Shown piece after piece: positions 34,453 through 45,708 of a stretch of DNA of 59,283 nucleotides. Under the pieces are notes generated by a model. That model was not told the DNA's origin and ran no database searches. It saw only the letters and a list, made by a program, of their open reading frames with translations. Source of the DNA: a virus (lineage: Duplodnaviria > Caudoviricetes); IMG/VR virus record IMGVR_UViG_3300025118_000014, positions 1-59,283 of that record; one strand, written 5' to 3'. Each line of letters begins with the position of its first letter. Within the stretch, counting starts at the first letter, position 1. A program made the position numbers and the translations under genes.

Positions 34453-36417
34453 CTACATACCTGGGACCACCGGGAACACTTTCAGTCCTACGATGCACTT
34501 CCCGCGCTGGTATCTGATCGTCTCGATTACGGCCCTGGAATCCACGAATCCCACCTCTTCGTCCGTTAATTCTATAACGTCACCCAGATTAAGATGGAGC
34601 AGAACCCATGGAGCGAAGCAGTATTCCGCTGTATAGAATGGCCGCGACTTGTGGAACGCGTACCAGCTAAGTAGTGTCTCTGCGTCCAACTCATTGTTTA
34701 TGTACGGACTCTCAATCACTGGCATCTTCTTGGTTCCAAGCATAGTCTCGGATCTCTTACAGTAGATGCTCTCTTCTGGTCCGACCTTTGAAAATAGCGT
34801 GTGCGTTCCCTTTACGGCATCCAGCTTGTACCTGACAGAGAACTCGTTGAACGTATCCTCAAGGTCTGACTCCTGAATTGTGGAGACTCTGTCCATAAGA
34901 GGATATGTCCCAACTTCAAACTTGCCCCTTGAATCGGATCTCGCGTCGAACGCGCATAGCTTGTACTTCCCATCGGAGAAGTACGCCGAAATCATCGGGA
35001 ACGCTGGAAGCAAGGTCGTCTCGATCCACGTTAACGAACCAGACTGGTCTCCATCTCCAGAGCCGTTAATAATAATGCTTGGGAATACGCTGCCCAGAAG
35101 CGGCCTTATCGACTCGACGGATGAATAGTCCAGTATGCTCCCGCCTGCTGGCGAGTACCTTTCCATGACGTCCTTGATTACGTCTGGAACGCTATGCTTC
35201 TCTGTCATCGTTACGGACACGAACGCGCCGTTATTGCTCTTCCAGTCTATGCGCTTCAACTCGTCGTCGTTTGTGAACTCGACCTCGTCCTCACCCTTGG
35301 AGAACAGGTCCTCGTAGCCCGACGGCTCGTCAAACTTCAGTGACGTGTAAGAGTTCCCTCCATCGTCTATCTCGAACGATACGGTTGTTGGATTGTTGAG
35401 CTTAGCCAGCATCTCTCCCTTGGAGTCAAACACTCCACTGTCCTGGTCAATAGTCAGGCTGTGGCCAGAGCATACCACCCATTCGGACTTGTAGTACACA
35501 GCGACGTTGGATATGGTGCTTGTGTATGCTACATGCTCTTCAGCCTCAGTTCCAAACTGAGCCCGCTCTACCTTCTTCATCTCCTTTGCGCTGCTGCCAA
35601 AAGCAGTCGCTGACTCGTACTTCAGTATCTCGTCGTCTATTTTGATGAATGCGTTGCCCTTGCTCCATCCAGGAGAGAATGAGTTGTTGCCGCTAAATAG
35701 GTGACCTGGAATAACCTCTTTGTCTGCTGGCATCGTTGACCTGTTGACCTCAGAAATCACGCCTCTTTGAACTGTCCCTGCGTCAGCATTTGTCCTAATG
35801 CACGGTACGCTCGGCCACTCGTTGTATATTAGAGGAACCCGCTCGCCTATGGATTCCTTTGGAGCGCTCGGGAATCCTTCGCTTGTTACAACGTGGGTAG
35901 GGAACTCGCTATCCAGCATTGACCTGGGATCCTTTATTGAAAGAGTCACCGGCTCACCTGGGTTTCCGAATGACAGGCCCCCGGACATTTGCCCGCGAAC
36001 AACCACTATCCTGTCCTTGTAGTCCTGCCCATCCATCTGTATGCACACTTCACCGAAGCCCGCCAAGAACGCCCCTGAAGACACCATGGAGACCGGATCT
36101 ATCGAGTCTCTCCTGATAGATACAGACACTTCCCTTGACTCCGCTTCAGCCCTTCCCATCTCTATAAACCAGCCAATCTCAGGCTCTTCGACAAGCTCTG
36201 GAAGGTAGTTGATCTCATCGGAGCCGTCGATGACAGTAATAGGATCGGTTGCCATTCTGCGGACAGTGCCGTCTGAGAAATGTAGGTCAAACGTGACCCT
36301 GGCCCTGCGTAAAAACAGGTCCTTCTTGATTTCATTGTGCCAAGATGGCGCAGACGAGCCTATCGACCCCAGCACTGCTAGGTTGTTTAATAGGGTGGCC
36401 CCCTTTACTACAGACAT
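34453..36417 (-). CDS. Tail tip/baseplate hub protein
   Basis: Two genes after the TMP; C-terminal L.LGDVI.L motif typical of tail hub proteins. Confidence 0.7.
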   Translation of the reverse strand: MSVVKGATLLNNLAVLGSIGSSAPSWHNEIKKDLFLRRARVTFDLHFSDGTVRRMATDPITVIDGSDEINYLPELVEEPEIGWFIEMGRAEAESREVSVSIRRDSIDPVSMVSSGAFLAGFGEVCIQMDGQDYKDRIVVVRGQMSGGLSFGNPGEPVTLSIKDPRSMLDSEFPTHVVTSEGFPSAPKESIGERVPLIYNEWPSVPCIRTNADAGTVQRGVISEVNRSTMPADKEVIPGHLFSGNNSFSPGWSKGNAFIKIDDEILKYESATAFGSSAKEMKKVERAQFGTEAEEHVAYTSTISNVAVYYKSEWVVCSGHSLTIDQDSGVFDSKGEMLAKLNNPTTVSFEIDDGGNSYTSLKFDEPSGYEDLFSKGEDEVEFTNDDELKRIDWKSNNGAFVSVTMTEKHSVPDVIKDVMERYSPAGGSILDYSSVESIRPLLGSVFPSIIINGSGDGDQSGSLTWIETTLLPAFPMISAYFSDGKYKLCAFDARSDSRGKFEVGTYPLMDRVSTIQESDLEDTFNEFSVRYKLDAVKGTHTLFSKVGPEESIYCKRSETMLGTKKMPVIESPYINNELDAETLLSWYAFHKSRPFYTAEYCFAPWVLLHLNLGDVIELTDEEVGFVDSRAVIETIRYQRGKCIVGLKVFPVVPGM

Positions 36418-39400
36418 TTAGACTACCTCCTCGATTGTTATCCCAAGGTCTCCAGCAAGTCTCCACTTGCCGTTTGCATCCTGATACCATCCCTCTGATT
36501 CAAGGGACAATCCGGACTTGACAACACCGAGTATAGTCATTTCAGAAGTGTTCGCCATTAAAAAAGCGAGGGGTTTCTCAGAATACCCACACAGTCCGCG
36601 AACCATGGACCTGAATGACTCCCGCTTGCGGTCCACATCTCCCACGAATCTGCCCGCAACGGATCTCCTTACTGGACCCTTCAGGAATGACCACTCAATT
36701 CCAGAGTATGTGCTGATTTCTTCAACCTGGGGGTCGTCGTTCTCGGAGATGGACCAATCTAACGGCACGTTGCCTGGATTGAATACCGGGCCAGCCACGA
36801 GCGTCCCAATCTGGAAATACCCCAGGACTGCATTCTGTGCAGGAACCCTGACTCTGAAGAACTCGTAAGACTCCACATCCGAATAAACCGATGACATGGA
36901 AGACCCGAACACAACAACCCGATCCCCGGCAGAGACTGCACCAGGACTTGATACGCTTAGACTGTCGTCAGTAGGGTGACTCAATACCTCGTAAACCTCT
37001 CCTGCTGCGGACCCGTCCACCACAACCACCCACCTGCCCTTGTGCTCACCCTGGGTCATGCCATGGCCGGAGCTAAGTGTGATCCGGTTGCCGGACTTAG
37101 CGGACACCGTCATGTCGCCGGTTATGTCTGCCGACAAGTTGTGTGTTGCTGCTATTGATGAGAAGCCGCTAGATGATGAGTACTCCACGATGGCGGTTCT
37201 GAAGTTGGTGTTAAACAGCGCGATTCCGCCGTGAGTTGAAACGTGCCCGGATGCCTCGTGAGACATCGCTAGAGACTGCTCTGTCGTGCCAGTCGAGCGC
37301 CAAGCTATCCGTGGAGACCTCTCCAGGGCGTTCTCCTTCTGGAAGTGTGTCCTGGTATTAAGTTCGAAGATGTCGCCCTCGTACGCGCCAGCCCCCCTGA
37401 AGTCCACCGATATACCGCTATGGACGTACACAGGGTTTGCCGACGTTCTCTTGCCGAAGACTTCCATTTCGACGCCATTTAATGACGAAGAGCCCAGCAT
37501 TGACGGAAGGTTGTCGCCCTGCGCCGTGCCCCACGCTTCTGCTATGACGCCAAACTCTGAAAGCGCCAGCTTGACCTCTGACCCGAACTCGAATGAGTCC
37601 TCTGCATTATTCCCGCCAAGGGGTCCAATAACTCCGTCGATGGGAAGAGAACCGTATATTTCCTCACCGTCATCCCCTGCAGCCAGTACGCCGGAAGTCT
37701 CCCAGGAGGAATGCTCCCCGACGTCAGATAGGCACCTGTGCGAGATTCTGCAATTAAGGTCGCCATCAACCGACACTATGATTTGATAGTATTTGCTGTC
37801 GTCCACCGTTCCATGTGTGTACGAGTCTACGTATGCTGAAGTCCCTGTGTCCCACGTCTTGAATACAATTCCGTTGGTAGAATCAACGAACACCCGAAAC
37901 TTCCATCCGTCAGACGTTACCGCGTTTGTGCCTGCGGCTTCCGCGTAGTATGACACTGGCGTTTTGCTTGGCTTTACCGTGAAGCCTCCACAGAACCCAT
38001 TCTTGTATCCGAAGGCATTCCCGAGACCCTCGTGTGAGGTGAATTTGTATCTTCTTGTGTTTACGGTGCTGGGAAAAATTCTAAGGGATCCATACTGCTG
38101 AGCGTCAAGTGTCTCTGCCGCTATGCCAGATGGCGTCCACGCCTGACCTGCGCCTGCATTCGTTGAGTAGCTGGTCGGAGCCCCCATCGTTGATGACCAG
38201 TAAGCGATGGATAGGGGGTTGAGTGCAGACGAGTCCCTTGAGTCCAGCCCGTTGGTGATTGGGTGGGTTGTCCACCCGCCAAGAGAGAATTTGGATGCCA
38301 TTACGCAGTCAGAAGTGCTTGATGGATCTATGTGAGAGAAGTGGACATCAAGTCTTGCGCCAACTGACAGCATCCTCATGTGAGACATGGAGCAGAACTG
38401 CATTCCGGACTGAATCGCCCCACCGTCAGCGAGGGAGGTGTCTTCGTACTTGTCTCCAATGGTTGTGGCCCTGACGCTGAAGTCTGGGTTGTAGTCGATG
38501 AACCCCATCACGGAGGTTTCTTTTGTGGATTTCTTGGAGTAGAACACTGCCCCAAGGAGAAGACCGTTGTCGTGCCATGCGGCTGCTACGTTCTGTGGCT
38601 GCTGGTCTACAGACAGAGTTTCCGCTGCACCCAGACCCATTACCGGAACCAGGGCGCTACTACCTACTGACTTGGAAACAGCGAAGAAGTAGTCAGTGCC
38701 AGTAATGGTTACCTCGTAGCAATAGGCATAATAGAATGTTCCGGAGTTGTCGTCCATTCCGACCAAGTCGTGACACGCCTCGTCATTTAACCTTACTGAG
38801 GAGGAAACAACCGTTGGACCCGTGTCGACTCCGCCCGGAATCGCGCCAGTTCCCTCGATTCTACGGCTCCAGGACCCGCCGTTCGTCACACTTGTGCAGG
38901 ATATGACGGCCCCCGACTGGTCCAGCCATACGGCCTTGAGCGTCGATCCGGATGCCGCAAGCCTGAGCGACGTTACTCCAAGAGCGTCCTGACCCGACGT
39001 GATGTCAGACGCGATCTTCACAAATGAAGACTCACCCTTGGTCATCTTGTGTACATTCATCTCGTGAAGTAGCTCTGTTGAGAGGTCATGGTTCTCTCTC
39101 CAGTGATGCGAGGTTAGCACGAACAGGTCGCCAGTACCATTGGCGGCTATCCCGAACTCAATCACTTGGTCGTACGCATCGTCAACAGCGCCACCCACTG
39201 GGAACTCTAGCTGAATCGTGTCCACAAGGGACTCGTCAGAGTAGACAGCGGACCCCTGTGGCATCTTGTAGACCTTAACCCGCAAGTTCGTTACGTCAGT
39301 CGCGTCAGCAACGGCATAGTAAGCCTCTCCGAGCACTCTGGAGTAACACGCGTCAACCCTGTCGGCCTCTTTCTCGCCAAAGCAGGAGCGTGATCCCCAC

Positions 39401-40965
39401 GGGAACAGGGTGTGATCGGCGCCAGAGTAGTTGGAGTCTGAAGAGTTTTTCCAGGAGAACCTGGACTTTCCGACATCGCCAGCAAGTTCGATCCTCGCTG
39501 TTGCGTCCAGGGCCGAACTAGGGTTGCCTGACAAGCCAGCGATAAGCCCGCCTGTGCCTGAAATTAAAGGAGAAGAGCCGAGCCCTAGTCCCTTTTCCGA
39601 AGTAGCGGAGTCAACAACTGTTCCCTGGTCCGGGAATATGAACCTCTGACCAACGGTTCCGTCGTTACTGTCAACAGCGTCCGCCATGGCAAGACCGCCG
39701 AAGTCGACGGACTGGATCATCAGGTCGATCTTTGAACCGGCCATGTGATCGCTTACTCCGTGAAACTTGACGGCCCCATCAGCCTCGTAGTGAAGCCCGA
39801 TAAGCAGCGATGCGTTGTCGTCAGTTGTGTTTGTGGCCTCACCCTGGATGGAGGAGCTTAGAGCCCGCTCGCCGACCCAGATGTTTGACCCGAGAACTCC
39901 ATCACTATACACTTCCGCGCCATTGGACGGGAGTGCGACGGCTACCGTGTCTGGGTTTGAGGGGCTGCCTAGTTCCGTATTGGCCAACGCAAGGATGTGC
40001 TGCACGTCTATCGACGGATGACTTACTGCGTGGATCGCGGTCTTGTAGGGTACGCCGTTCGCCCAGGAGCAAATTGCGACAGAGTTCTTCACGACTCCAG
40101 GCGATACAACTTCACCGACTGAGTGGATGATTGAAGCGTCGTGAGGCACGAGCATGTACTCGGTGAACTTAACGTCGTCGGTCGAGTTCTGTGATGAGAA
40201 GCTAGGGAAGAACATGGTCTTATTGGGAGTGTAGTCGAATCCCAGGGCCAGAATCTGTTGACCTGACGCCGTTACGGATGCGGCGTTTCCACCTGATGCG
40301 CTACCCGTGTAGCGGTTGACGTCCCAGTTGGTGCCCCATTCGATAACACCGTGAACCGAAGTGAACCCGTCAGCCTCGCCCGAGGAAGAGCCGAAAGGGC
40401 TGTATCGCTCGATGGTGAGTTCTGTGGCTGAAGACAGGTGCTCTGCCGCATACATGAGATTAGGGATGGTCGAGCCTGACCCTTGCGTGGTCATGCCCCA
40501 ACCGGACTGGATTCCGTGCACGGTGCACTTGTTGACGTCTACGACACCGGACACAGCATGCGTAGTGGTCACTGCGCCAGAGGCTGATCCTGCAGCGTGA
40601 GTCACATTGATCACGTCACGCAGGATGAACCCGTCAGGGCTATAGGGATTCAGGCACTCGATGATTGTCATGTGCAGCATTGGACGCCTAGCGACAGCGA
40701 CACCAGACTCCACAACGATTGTTCTTGAACTTCCTGACTTGGACAGGTCTCCGGTCCCGAAGGGATCGTGCGTAACCTGGAACGCCATGCGGTCAGGGCG
40801 CTGAGTGGTCAAGTCCTCGTTAGCAGAGCTAATCATGACCAGATAGTCCGGTTTCAGATCGTGCGGAAGGACGATCACATGCTGCGTAGAGTATTCATTG
40901 TCTGTGGCAAGCTCACCGACTTCATATTCGACGTGCGTCACTCTAAAGGTATCCTGAATCGCCAT
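36418..40965 (-). CDS. Large tail-tip protein (distal tail-like C-terminus, beta-rich/propeller-like middle)
   Basis: Immediately follows the TMP; S..GGSWS BNR-like motif; N-terminal ~425 aa paralogous to 46494..48221. Confidence 0.75.
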   Translation of the reverse strand: MAIQDTFRVTHVEYEVGELATDNEYSTQHVIVLPHDLKPDYLVMISSANEDLTTQRPDRMAFQVTHDPFGTGDLSKSGSSRTIVVESGVAVARRPMLHMTIIECLNPYSPDGFILRDVINVTHAAGSASGAVTTTHAVSGVVDVNKCTVHGIQSGWGMTTQGSGSTIPNLMYAAEHLSSATELTIERYSPFGSSSGEADGFTSVHGVIEWGTNWDVNRYTGSASGGNAASVTASGQQILALGFDYTPNKTMFFPSFSSQNSTDDVKFTEYMLVPHDASIIHSVGEVVSPGVVKNSVAICSWANGVPYKTAIHAVSHPSIDVQHILALANTELGSPSNPDTVAVALPSNGAEVYSDGVLGSNIWVGERALSSSIQGEATNTTDDNASLLIGLHYEADGAVKFHGVSDHMAGSKIDLMIQSVDFGGLAMADAVDSNDGTVGQRFIFPDQGTVVDSATSEKGLGLGSSPLISGTGGLIAGLSGNPSSALDATARIELAGDVGKSRFSWKNSSDSNYSGADHTLFPWGSRSCFGEKEADRVDACYSRVLGEAYYAVADATDVTNLRVKVYKMPQGSAVYSDESLVDTIQLEFPVGGAVDDAYDQVIEFGIAANGTGDLFVLTSHHWRENHDLSTELLHEMNVHKMTKGESSFVKIASDITSGQDALGVTSLRLAASGSTLKAVWLDQSGAVISCTSVTNGGSWSRRIEGTGAIPGGVDTGPTVVSSSVRLNDEACHDLVGMDDNSGTFYYAYCYEVTITGTDYFFAVSKSVGSSALVPVMGLGAAETLSVDQQPQNVAAAWHDNGLLLGAVFYSKKSTKETSVMGFIDYNPDFSVRATTIGDKYEDTSLADGGAIQSGMQFCSMSHMRMLSVGARLDVHFSHIDPSSTSDCVMASKFSLGGWTTHPITNGLDSRDSSALNPLSIAYWSSTMGAPTSYSTNAGAGQAWTPSGIAAETLDAQQYGSLRIFPSTVNTRRYKFTSHEGLGNAFGYKNGFCGGFTVKPSKTPVSYYAEAAGTNAVTSDGWKFRVFVDSTNGIVFKTWDTGTSAYVDSYTHGTVDDSKYYQIIVSVDGDLNCRISHRCLSDVGEHSSWETSGVLAAGDDGEEIYGSLPIDGVIGPLGGNNAEDSFEFGSEVKLALSEFGVIAEAWGTAQGDNLPSMLGSSSLNGVEMEVFGKRTSANPVYVHSGISVDFRGAGAYEGDIFELNTRTHFQKENALERSPRIAWRSTGTTEQSLAMSHEASGHVSTHGGIALFNTNFRTAIVEYSSSSGFSSIAATHNLSADITGDMTVSAKSGNRITLSSGHGMTQGEHKGRWVVVVDGSAAGEVYEVLSHPTDDSLSVSSPGAVSAGDRVVVFGSSMSSVYSDVESYEFFRVRVPAQNAVLGYFQIGTLVAGPVFNPGNVPLDWSISENDDPQVEEISTYSGIEWSFLKGPVRRSVAGRFVGDVDRKRESFRSMVRGLCGYSEKPLAFLMANTSEMTILGVVKSGLSLESEGWYQDANGKWRLAGDLGITIEEVV

Positions 40966-41024
40966 TACTCTCGGCCTCCGTATTTACTGTGATGGTTATA
41001 CCCCTGTGGGACGTTTCTAACGAC

Positions 41025-44000
41025 TTAGCTTCTTCCCCAGGGATTGTTCCCAGGGGCGCGTATTCCGGCCCTCTTACCAGCCGTTTTTCTAACCATCCTC
41101 GACACCCCGGTGGCCCGCCCATCGGCGTTGGCTCCAACGACTGCGGAGTCTATCACCGAACCGTCCACAACAGACTGTACAATTACGGTTCCCATTCTTG
41201 AACTGTTACTGTAGTTCGAGGAGGGGGAGGTGGGTCCTCCACTTGAAGCCTGTCCTGGCCTATTCTCATGCGCAGGAACAACGCGCTCTCCCTTGTGCAG
41301 CGTTACGCCCTTCATGTTCCGGGGTACGTACGAAATTCCCGAATAGTAGTTTCCGTCCTTTCCCTTCTTCTTTCCGCCCTTGGGGTGCTCTGCCTTGAGT
41401 GCCCTGAGTGCAGCATCCCTTTCTTCCTTGGTGATTTTTCCGGCCCTGTACGCGTCTTTGATCTCTCTTTTCTTCTCCCTGTATTCCTTGCCTCTGCCGC
41501 CGAATATACCGGCCAGAGCATCAGCAATAGCCTTTGCAATGGCCTTCACGAATTCCCAGATAATCTTTGGAAGCTCCTTGATGATCGCCCAGACCAATCG
41601 AGGAAGCTCCTTGATGACCGCACCAACGATCTGCGGGATTCCTCTGGCCAGGGCCATCACAATGGCTGGGAAGTTCTTGATGAACGCATCCACGATTACA
41701 GGAATAGCCTCAACCAGCTTGTTGATTAGTATAGGCAACTGGTGAGCGATCTGTTCCATAATGTATGGGAGCGCCTGGATAACCGCGTCAATGTAGCCCA
41801 TGATCTGGTCGACCTTGTCCGTCACAACGCTCTTGGCAGCCTCTTCAGCAGACCCACCCTCTTCCATCAACGTCTGCGTTTCACCAGCCATAGCGAAGAT
41901 ACTTCCAACGCTTGCGAGGTTCATTATGTCCGTTGCGATCTTTCCGATCTCGTCTATGACCTCAGTGCCGAAGTTGACAGCTTGACCAAACGTCTGCATG
42001 AGTTCGCCAGACATCTTGCCAACTGATTTCAGCGGACCCATCACAAGAGACGAGATTCCCTTGGCGAGTCCAGCGATAGCTTTTCCGGCTAGGTCAACGG
42101 CACCCTTCAGGATGGTTGTTCCAAGGCCGAACTCTTTGACGTCTGCTGCGAACTTGGCTAACTGAGGGAACTGGCTGGCCATGGCGTTCCCAATGGACTT
42201 ACCCAAATTCAGGCCGCCGCCCTCCTTGAGTTCTTTGCGATTCAGACCACGCAGTTCCTTCTTAGCGGACTTGACTCCAGCCTTGTCTCCACTCTCCTTG
42301 GCCATTTTCAGCTTAAGCTCAAGTTGCTCCCTCAACTCCTTGGTTGTTTTTTTCTCGCTTTCCACTACTTCCAGCGCAGCAGCCCTGCGCCTCTCCAGTA
42401 GCTTTAGGATGCCCTCCAGAAGCTCTGTCTCGCTTCCATACCGCTCGACCAGCGCTGCTGTCTCATCGTCGAATCTTGCGTTTATGATAGCCTTGCGCTT
42501 TTCCTTGCCCTCTTCGAGAAGGTCGTTCTCCATGTCTCGATGCGATCTGGCAGCGCTCAAGCGCAATTCCCTCAACTTCTCAATGTCGGCAGCAGCCTTT
42601 TTAGCGGCAACTTCATCCCTTACGTCACGGTCGTCGCTAATTTTCTTGTTTGCTAACCCCCATGCCTCCAGAAGAGCCATTTTCTCCTCTGCGGTTTCAA
42701 GCTCCTTCATTCTTGCGGCGAATGTAAGGTTGCTTATCTTGGTCTCAAGCTCGAACCTTTCCTGGCTGTTCTTAGTGGAATCTTTCCTGGCCTGAAGAAT
42801 CTCAAGCTCCAACTCCTTCACCTTGCTGACCCTCTCGACAGCGACACCACCACCGCCACCACCCGAATCACCGCCAGCGCCCTCTGAGTCCTTAACAGAG
42901 TCCTCTGCGTCTCTCGCGGCCTCAGCCTTCAACTTTTCAAATTCCGAATGCGCACTAGCGCCAGACTGGTCTCTTCCTGCTATTCCCGCGCCCTGCAACT
43001 GAGCACTGTTCGCCTTGACGCCATCAAGCCCCACGGCATCCCCGGCAGCGCCGATGACGTTGTTGATCTCGTTAAGTGCTGCAGCGGAATCTCCTCCACC
43101 GAACACGAACTTAAACAAGGAGGTTCCGGCGATCTTCTTCCCGACTTTGGATACCTCTTGCGCGACTTCCTTGATCTTCCGTATAGTTCCGCCGAGCCAC
43201 TTGTTGATCAACTTCGAGAAGAACGCCGCTATGAGTGACATAACTCCGCCAACCTTGCCGCTGCCCCCGAAACGCTTGGCTATAAGTCCGGACAAATACG
43301 TGATAATCTTACCTATAGATTGTAGTGCCTTGCTCGCCAGTGCCAAGTTCCAATGTATGAACTTGGTGAACAGGTTTGCCACTACAGCAGACAATATCTT
43401 TATTAGACCGTTGATGAAGATTAAACTCCGCTGTATCGGGCCAGTTACTCTACTCCACGTTGTCCACACGTCTCCAATGAGCGCTATCGCCCCAGCAATA
43501 GCCAGACCGATCCCGATCAGGGCGTCAGCCCATATGTCTGCGGCGTCCTTAGCGTCAACCGCAGGGCCCGTCCATGCCGCAAACGCGGTCCTGAATGCTG
43601 CCTCAAGTACGCCGAACCGATCCATAAAGCTCTCGTAGAACTCGTCCAGGAATGTCCTTACAAAGTTTATGGCTCCACCAAGGCCAGAATTAGAGTCTTT
43701 GCCGACGATAAGCTCAAACAGACGAATCATTAGAGCGTTGAACTTTGAACCAATCTTGAGCATTGAGCCCGTTACAGAGTTCATCATGTCGCTCTGTATT
43801 TTGGCAGCCTTGCCTTGTGAGTCAGCGAACTCTTCAGCCCTCGTTTTCAATTCCGGGAATTTCTTTGCAAGACTGACTAGGTTGCCCTCGTACTGTGCCA
43901 GACCAAGTGCGGACGGAGCGAACCGTGCCCCGAATACATCAATGTAGTCTCCTGTTTCCGCGCCAGCCTTCTTCATTCTAAGGACTGCCTCTTCCATGTT

Positions 44001-44795
44001 CTCAACGCCCTTTCCGGGTGTTATGTCTTCAAAGGTCAGGCCAAGATCTTTAAGTGCGGCTTCTGCCTTGGGCGTTTCCTTAGCTAGGGCACTCAGGCCC
44101 ATTCTCATGCCTGTTCCCGCGATTGATCCCTCAATACCAATGTCGGCAAGTTTTGATAACGTGGTAAATACCTGCTCAACAGACTGGCCAAACTGGTTAG
44201 ATATGGGGCCAGCGTACACCATCGCTGCAGATAACGATTCAAAGTTCAACATGGATTTCGTCAGCGCTACTGCCATCAGGTCAGCCACTTCAGACGCCTG
44301 TGTGGCCTCCATATTGAACTGCCGAAGCATCTTGGACACGAACTCCGCAGACTGGCCCAGTCCAGCCCCTCCGACTGTAGCAACAGCAAGAACCGCTTCC
44401 GTTGCAGCAGCGATCTCGTGAGCTTTGAATCCAGCCTTTGACATGGCCTCAAAGGCATCCGTAACCTGTGACGCTGTGTATTCCGTGTCGGACGCTAGGT
44501 CCAGCGCCAAGGAAGACAGCATCTTCATGTCTTCGCCGGTTCCGCCGAGGAGGGCCTTTACTCTGACCATCTTGTGCTCGAATTCGGATCCGGCCTTTGC
44601 TATGGCCCCGAAGCCGACGGCTATGGCGCCGAGGCCCAGGCTCGCAGTCCCTGCCGCCGCGCCAAACCCCGCGATCACTCGCTTCATGTTGGCCATTTTC
44701 TTGGTGGCCGTATCAGCCTTCCTGTCGAACTGAGCCGTGTCCATCATCATCCGGACAACTAAGCCACTCGCTTTTCCAGCTTTACCAAATGCCAT
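41025..44795 (-). CDS. Tail tape measure protein (TP901 family)
   Basis: FE..M..VKA...T.YTA.QV..A...M.KAG...GI.GS.AGT TP901 core; long helical body; H.GE.V.P C-terminus. Confidence 0.92.
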   Translation of the reverse strand: MAFGKAGKASGLVVRMMMDTAQFDRKADTATKKMANMKRVIAGFGAAAGTASLGLGAIAVGFGAIAKAGSEFEHKMVRVKALLGGTGEDMKMLSSLALDLASDTEYTASQVTDAFEAMSKAGFKAHEIAAATEAVLAVATVGGAGLGQSAEFVSKMLRQFNMEATQASEVADLMAVALTKSMLNFESLSAAMVYAGPISNQFGQSVEQVFTTLSKLADIGIEGSIAGTGMRMGLSALAKETPKAEAALKDLGLTFEDITPGKGVENMEEAVLRMKKAGAETGDYIDVFGARFAPSALGLAQYEGNLVSLAKKFPELKTRAEEFADSQGKAAKIQSDMMNSVTGSMLKIGSKFNALMIRLFELIVGKDSNSGLGGAINFVRTFLDEFYESFMDRFGVLEAAFRTAFAAWTGPAVDAKDAADIWADALIGIGLAIAGAIALIGDVWTTWSRVTGPIQRSLIFINGLIKILSAVVANLFTKFIHWNLALASKALQSIGKIITYLSGLIAKRFGGSGKVGGVMSLIAAFFSKLINKWLGGTIRKIKEVAQEVSKVGKKIAGTSLFKFVFGGGDSAAALNEINNVIGAAGDAVGLDGVKANSAQLQGAGIAGRDQSGASAHSEFEKLKAEAARDAEDSVKDSEGAGGDSGGGGGGVAVERVSKVKELELEILQARKDSTKNSQERFELETKISNLTFAARMKELETAEEKMALLEAWGLANKKISDDRDVRDEVAAKKAAADIEKLRELRLSAARSHRDMENDLLEEGKEKRKAIINARFDDETAALVERYGSETELLEGILKLLERRRAAALEVVESEKKTTKELREQLELKLKMAKESGDKAGVKSAKKELRGLNRKELKEGGGLNLGKSIGNAMASQFPQLAKFAADVKEFGLGTTILKGAVDLAGKAIAGLAKGISSLVMGPLKSVGKMSGELMQTFGQAVNFGTEVIDEIGKIATDIMNLASVGSIFAMAGETQTLMEEGGSAEEAAKSVVTDKVDQIMGYIDAVIQALPYIMEQIAHQLPILINKLVEAIPVIVDAFIKNFPAIVMALARGIPQIVGAVIKELPRLVWAIIKELPKIIWEFVKAIAKAIADALAGIFGGRGKEYREKKREIKDAYRAGKITKEERDAALRALKAEHPKGGKKKGKDGNYYSGISYVPRNMKGVTLHKGERVVPAHENRPGQASSGGPTSPSSNYSNSSRMGTVIVQSVVDGSVIDSAVVGANADGRATGVSRMVRKTAGKRAGIRAPGNNPWGRS

Positions 44796-44834
44796 TCTAA
44801 ACTCCAGGGATTCAGACCAGTTATACCCCTAACG

Positions 44835-45107
44835 CTACATAACGGGTATACCCATTGACGCCAATCCAAGCAGCTTGTTCTTCTCTGCCGTGACCCTGTC
44901 CTCTTTAGAGGTAGCCTTCTTCTTGGCTGCCGACTTTGCAGGGCCGTCAGATGTGGCTGGCTTATATTCTGCGCCGAATGCTCCCATGAGGGGCTCTATC
45001 AGCGAGTTAAGGAATTCGACCTTGACCTTCACTATGCACATCGCGGACAGTTGGATCTGATCAAACGTCATATCCAACACGTCATCCAGCGACATACCGG
45101 AGCCCAT
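44835..45107 (-). CDS. Tail assembly chaperone gpT part, reached by -1 frameshift
   Basis: In the -1 frame relative to the upstream chaperone and open from the slippery site at 45227-45233. Confidence 0.7.
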   Translation of the reverse strand: MGSGMSLDDVLDMTFDQIQLSAMCIVKVKVEFLNSLIEPLMGAFGAEYKPATSDGPAKSAAKKKATSKEDRVTAEKNKLLGLASMGIPVM

Positions 45108-45172
45108 AAGGACCCCGATAGCAGAGTGTATGGCTTCCAGGCTACTCGCCCCCGACGAGGGGGAGTCACTGC

Positions 45173-45613
45173 CTACTTGCCCATTAGATTCCCGGCCTTC
45201 GTCAGCGTCTTGGCGAAGGCTACCGCTAAAGGGCCGAATGCCTTGATGAGTTCTTCGATGTCGAAGTTGTCAGAGGGTGAGCCTTCAAAGTTCTTGGCGA
45301 GTGCTGGATAGCACGCGTCGAATGTTTCGTCGATCAAGTCTAGCAGTCGGTCATCACTTAGTACGCCCATGGCTGCACGAAGCATTGATTCCATGCTAGT
45401 GAACGCCTCTTCGTCAACATCGATTTCTTGCAGTAAGTCCGCCGCCTTCTCGACCATGCGTAGCGCTTTGATTTGTCGCCGTGCTGACAACTTGCTTGGC
45501 AACTTGTACTTGTTTCCTTCCAGGTCGTGGATCGTCAGGTCTGACGGCACTAGGTCTTCAAGTAACTGGACGAAGTCCACTGCTTCTGATTCCTCAACGG
45601 TATTCTCTTCCAT
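45173..45613 (-). CDS. Tail assembly chaperone (gpG-like)
   Basis: Acidic helical protein between tail tube and TMP; start moved to ATG 45613. Confidence 0.8.
   Translation of the reverse strand: MEENTVEESEAVDFVQLLEDLVPSDLTIHDLEGNKYKLPSKLSARRQIKALRMVEKAADLLQEIDVDEEAFTSMESMLRAAMGVLSDDRLLDLIDETFDACYPALAKNFEGSPSDNFDIEELIKAFGPLAVAFAKTLTKAGNLMGK
45195..45233 (-). other. Programmed -1 ribosomal frameshift signal
   Basis: In-frame C CCT TTA heptamer (45233-45227), 6-nt spacer, 7-bp hairpin GCCTTCG/CGAAGGC. Confidence 0.75.
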
Positions 45614-45708
45614 AATACACTCCATTGTTATTGTGTACCCAGTTATACCCTTGGGAAACAAAAAGGGGCACCCGAAGGCACCCCTTTAAATGTGTTAATC
45701 TCTAAGGA

